A stretch of 49,863 nucleotides of DNA from contig NZ_JAEMSD010000005.1 of assembly GCF_016462955.1 (NCBI RefSeq), forward strand, positions 1 to 49,863. The letters are read 5' to 3'. Below are positions 48,623 through 49,863 of this stretch, piece after piece. The stretch comes from Bradyrhizobium sp. (GTDB taxonomy: Bacteria > Pseudomonadota > Alphaproteobacteria > Rhizobiales > Xanthobacteraceae). The notes beneath the pieces are model-generated. The model was given only the letters and a program-made list of their open reading frames with translations. It was not told where the DNA came from and ran no database searches. Each line of letters opens with the position of its first letter. Within the stretch, counting starts at the first letter, position 1. A program made the translations under genes and the position numbers.

Positions 48623-49863
48623 CAATCTGATTGCCTTGTTTCCCCCGTCGCGATGGCATTCCGGCAATTCTGGAGCGTCTGCTCTTGTGTTCCGGATGCA
48701 TCGATGGTCGCCCAGCCGACATGGCCGATATTATAGTGCTCTTGCAGCGCGGCAACCTCCGGCGTGGCGTCCGATGCGTCTCCCCGGCGGCGCCCGATCC
48801 GTGACTGTCGGGTCGCGAGGTCCGCCACCAGGAAAAGACCGTTCAATGCCACGTTGCACTCGCGCGCCAGTGCCGCGATCACATCGCGCTCGTCCTCGCG
48901 GGCGAATACGCCGTCGACGATCACCGAATGGCCTTGCGCCAGCACCCGCTGGGCGCGTTGCGCCAGCGTGTCGTAGACCCGGGCCGTGACCTCTGGCGTG
49001 TAGGCGGAGGGCGGCAGGCGGTGCGTGTCCTCGACGGCGAACATCTGCTTGCGGACGAGATCGCTGCGCAGCACGACGGCGCCCGGCTGCGGCGCGACGT
49101 CCGGCGCGAGCCCCTGCGCCATGACAGTCTTTCCAGTGCCGGACAGACCGCCGACGGCGATCAGACGCGGAGCAGGTGGGCGGATCAGCGTCCCCGCGAG
49201 CTCGAAATAGCGCCGTGTCTGGTCGAGAATGCCGGGTTTCCCCGAATGCGGCCGTTGCAGCCGTGCCAGCGTCACCTGTGCGCGGATCGCCGCCCGGATC
49301 GACATGAACAGCGGCAAGGCCGAGAGCGCATCGAGATTTTCGGTCGGCGTCGCGGCGAGATAGCGATTGAGGACCATGTTCGCTGCGCCCGGCTGATGGT
49401 GCTGCAGCAGGTCCATGAGCGCGAATGCGAGATCGTAGAGCACGTCGACCGTTGCCATCTGCGCGTCGAACTCGATCGCATCGAAGAGCACGGGCCGGTC
49501 ATCGAGCACAACGATGTTAGCGAGATGCAGATCGCCATGACAGCGGCGCACGAAGCCCTGGCGGCCACGCTCCAGGAGCAGGGGACGAATACGCAGATAG
49601 GCCGCGTGAGAAGCCTGGCCGAGCTTCTCGATCCCTTGCGCGTCGAAATGTCCGCCGGCCCGCAGGCCGTCAAGGTTGCCGTCGATCAGGGTCGGGATGG
49701 AAGAGACCCATGCTTTTCCGTCGGCGCGTGTCGCCGCCGCGTGCGAAGCCGCGATTGCATCGGCGGCAGCCGAGGCGAGTTTCGCGTCAAGGGGGCCGGT
49801 CTCGGCCAGATGATCCAGCGTCCTGTTTTCGTCGAAGCGCGACATGTCGACCGCGTACTCGAT
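48622..49863 (-). CDS. Bifunctional aminoglycoside-phosphotransferase-like/P-loop kinase protein (5' part outside window)
   Basis: RRCHGDLHLANI, FDAIEF, GGLSGTGKT, RSDLVRK, DASDAT. Confidence 0.88.
   Translation of the reverse strand: MEYAVDMSRFDENRTLDHLAETGPLDAKLASAAADAIAASHAAATRADGKAWVSSIPTLIDGNLDGLRAGGHFDAQGIEKLGQASHAAYLRIRPLLLERGRQGFVRRCHGDLHLANIVVLDDRPVLFDAIEFDAQMATVDVLYDLAFALMDLLQHHQPGAANMVLNRYLAATPTENLDALSALPLFMSIRAAIRAQVTLARLQRPHSGKPGILDQTRRYFELAGTLIRPPAPRLIAVGGLSGTGKTVMAQGLAPDVAPQPGAVVLRSDLVRKQMFAVEDTHRLPPSAYTPEVTARVYDTLAQRAQRVLAQGHSVIVDGVFAREDERDVIAALARECNVALNGLFLVADLATRQSRIGRRRGDASDATPEVAALQEHYNIGHVGWATIDASGTQEQTLQNCRNAIATGETRQSD

Noticed and set aside
1-49863. tRNA or rRNA genes
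   Set aside because: No cloverleaf or rRNA-like sequence recognised by eye; a tRNAscan/Infernal run would be needed to exclude them.

Overview
GC-rich alphaproteobacterial DNA; gene content and repeats point to Bradyrhizobium (inference). Four blocks. (1) 1-6.2 kb: NRAMP transporter fragment, stand-alone EAL protein and many small proteins, several with sigma-EcfG-like (GAAC-N16-CGTT) promoters. (2) 6.4-18.1 kb: accessory region with seven same-orientation copies of a 41-bp repeat, six followed by a terminator hairpin. A terminase small-subunit-like gene and a truncated terminase large subunit (fused in frame to a GNAT C-terminus) are separated by three tandem cassettes. Each cassette has a predicted cell-wall hydrolase (one lysozyme/SLT-like, two M23 peptidases) with a shared ~110-aa C-terminal tail ending EDWSAMWRRRTGLP, adjacent envelope-targeted partner gene(s), and a copy of the terS-end/terL-start sequence at its right end. 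This is the best candidate for an undescribed polymorphic effector-immunity system. (3) 18.2-44.8 kb: aromatic/N-heterocycle catabolic region including a 2-aminobenzoyl-CoA (abm-type) cluster with a recurring candidate MarR operator. (4) 44.8-49.9 kb: CBS, phaC, CHAD and phosphotransferase genes with two FixK2/FNR boxes. All family assignments come from motif recognition by eye; no database search was run.
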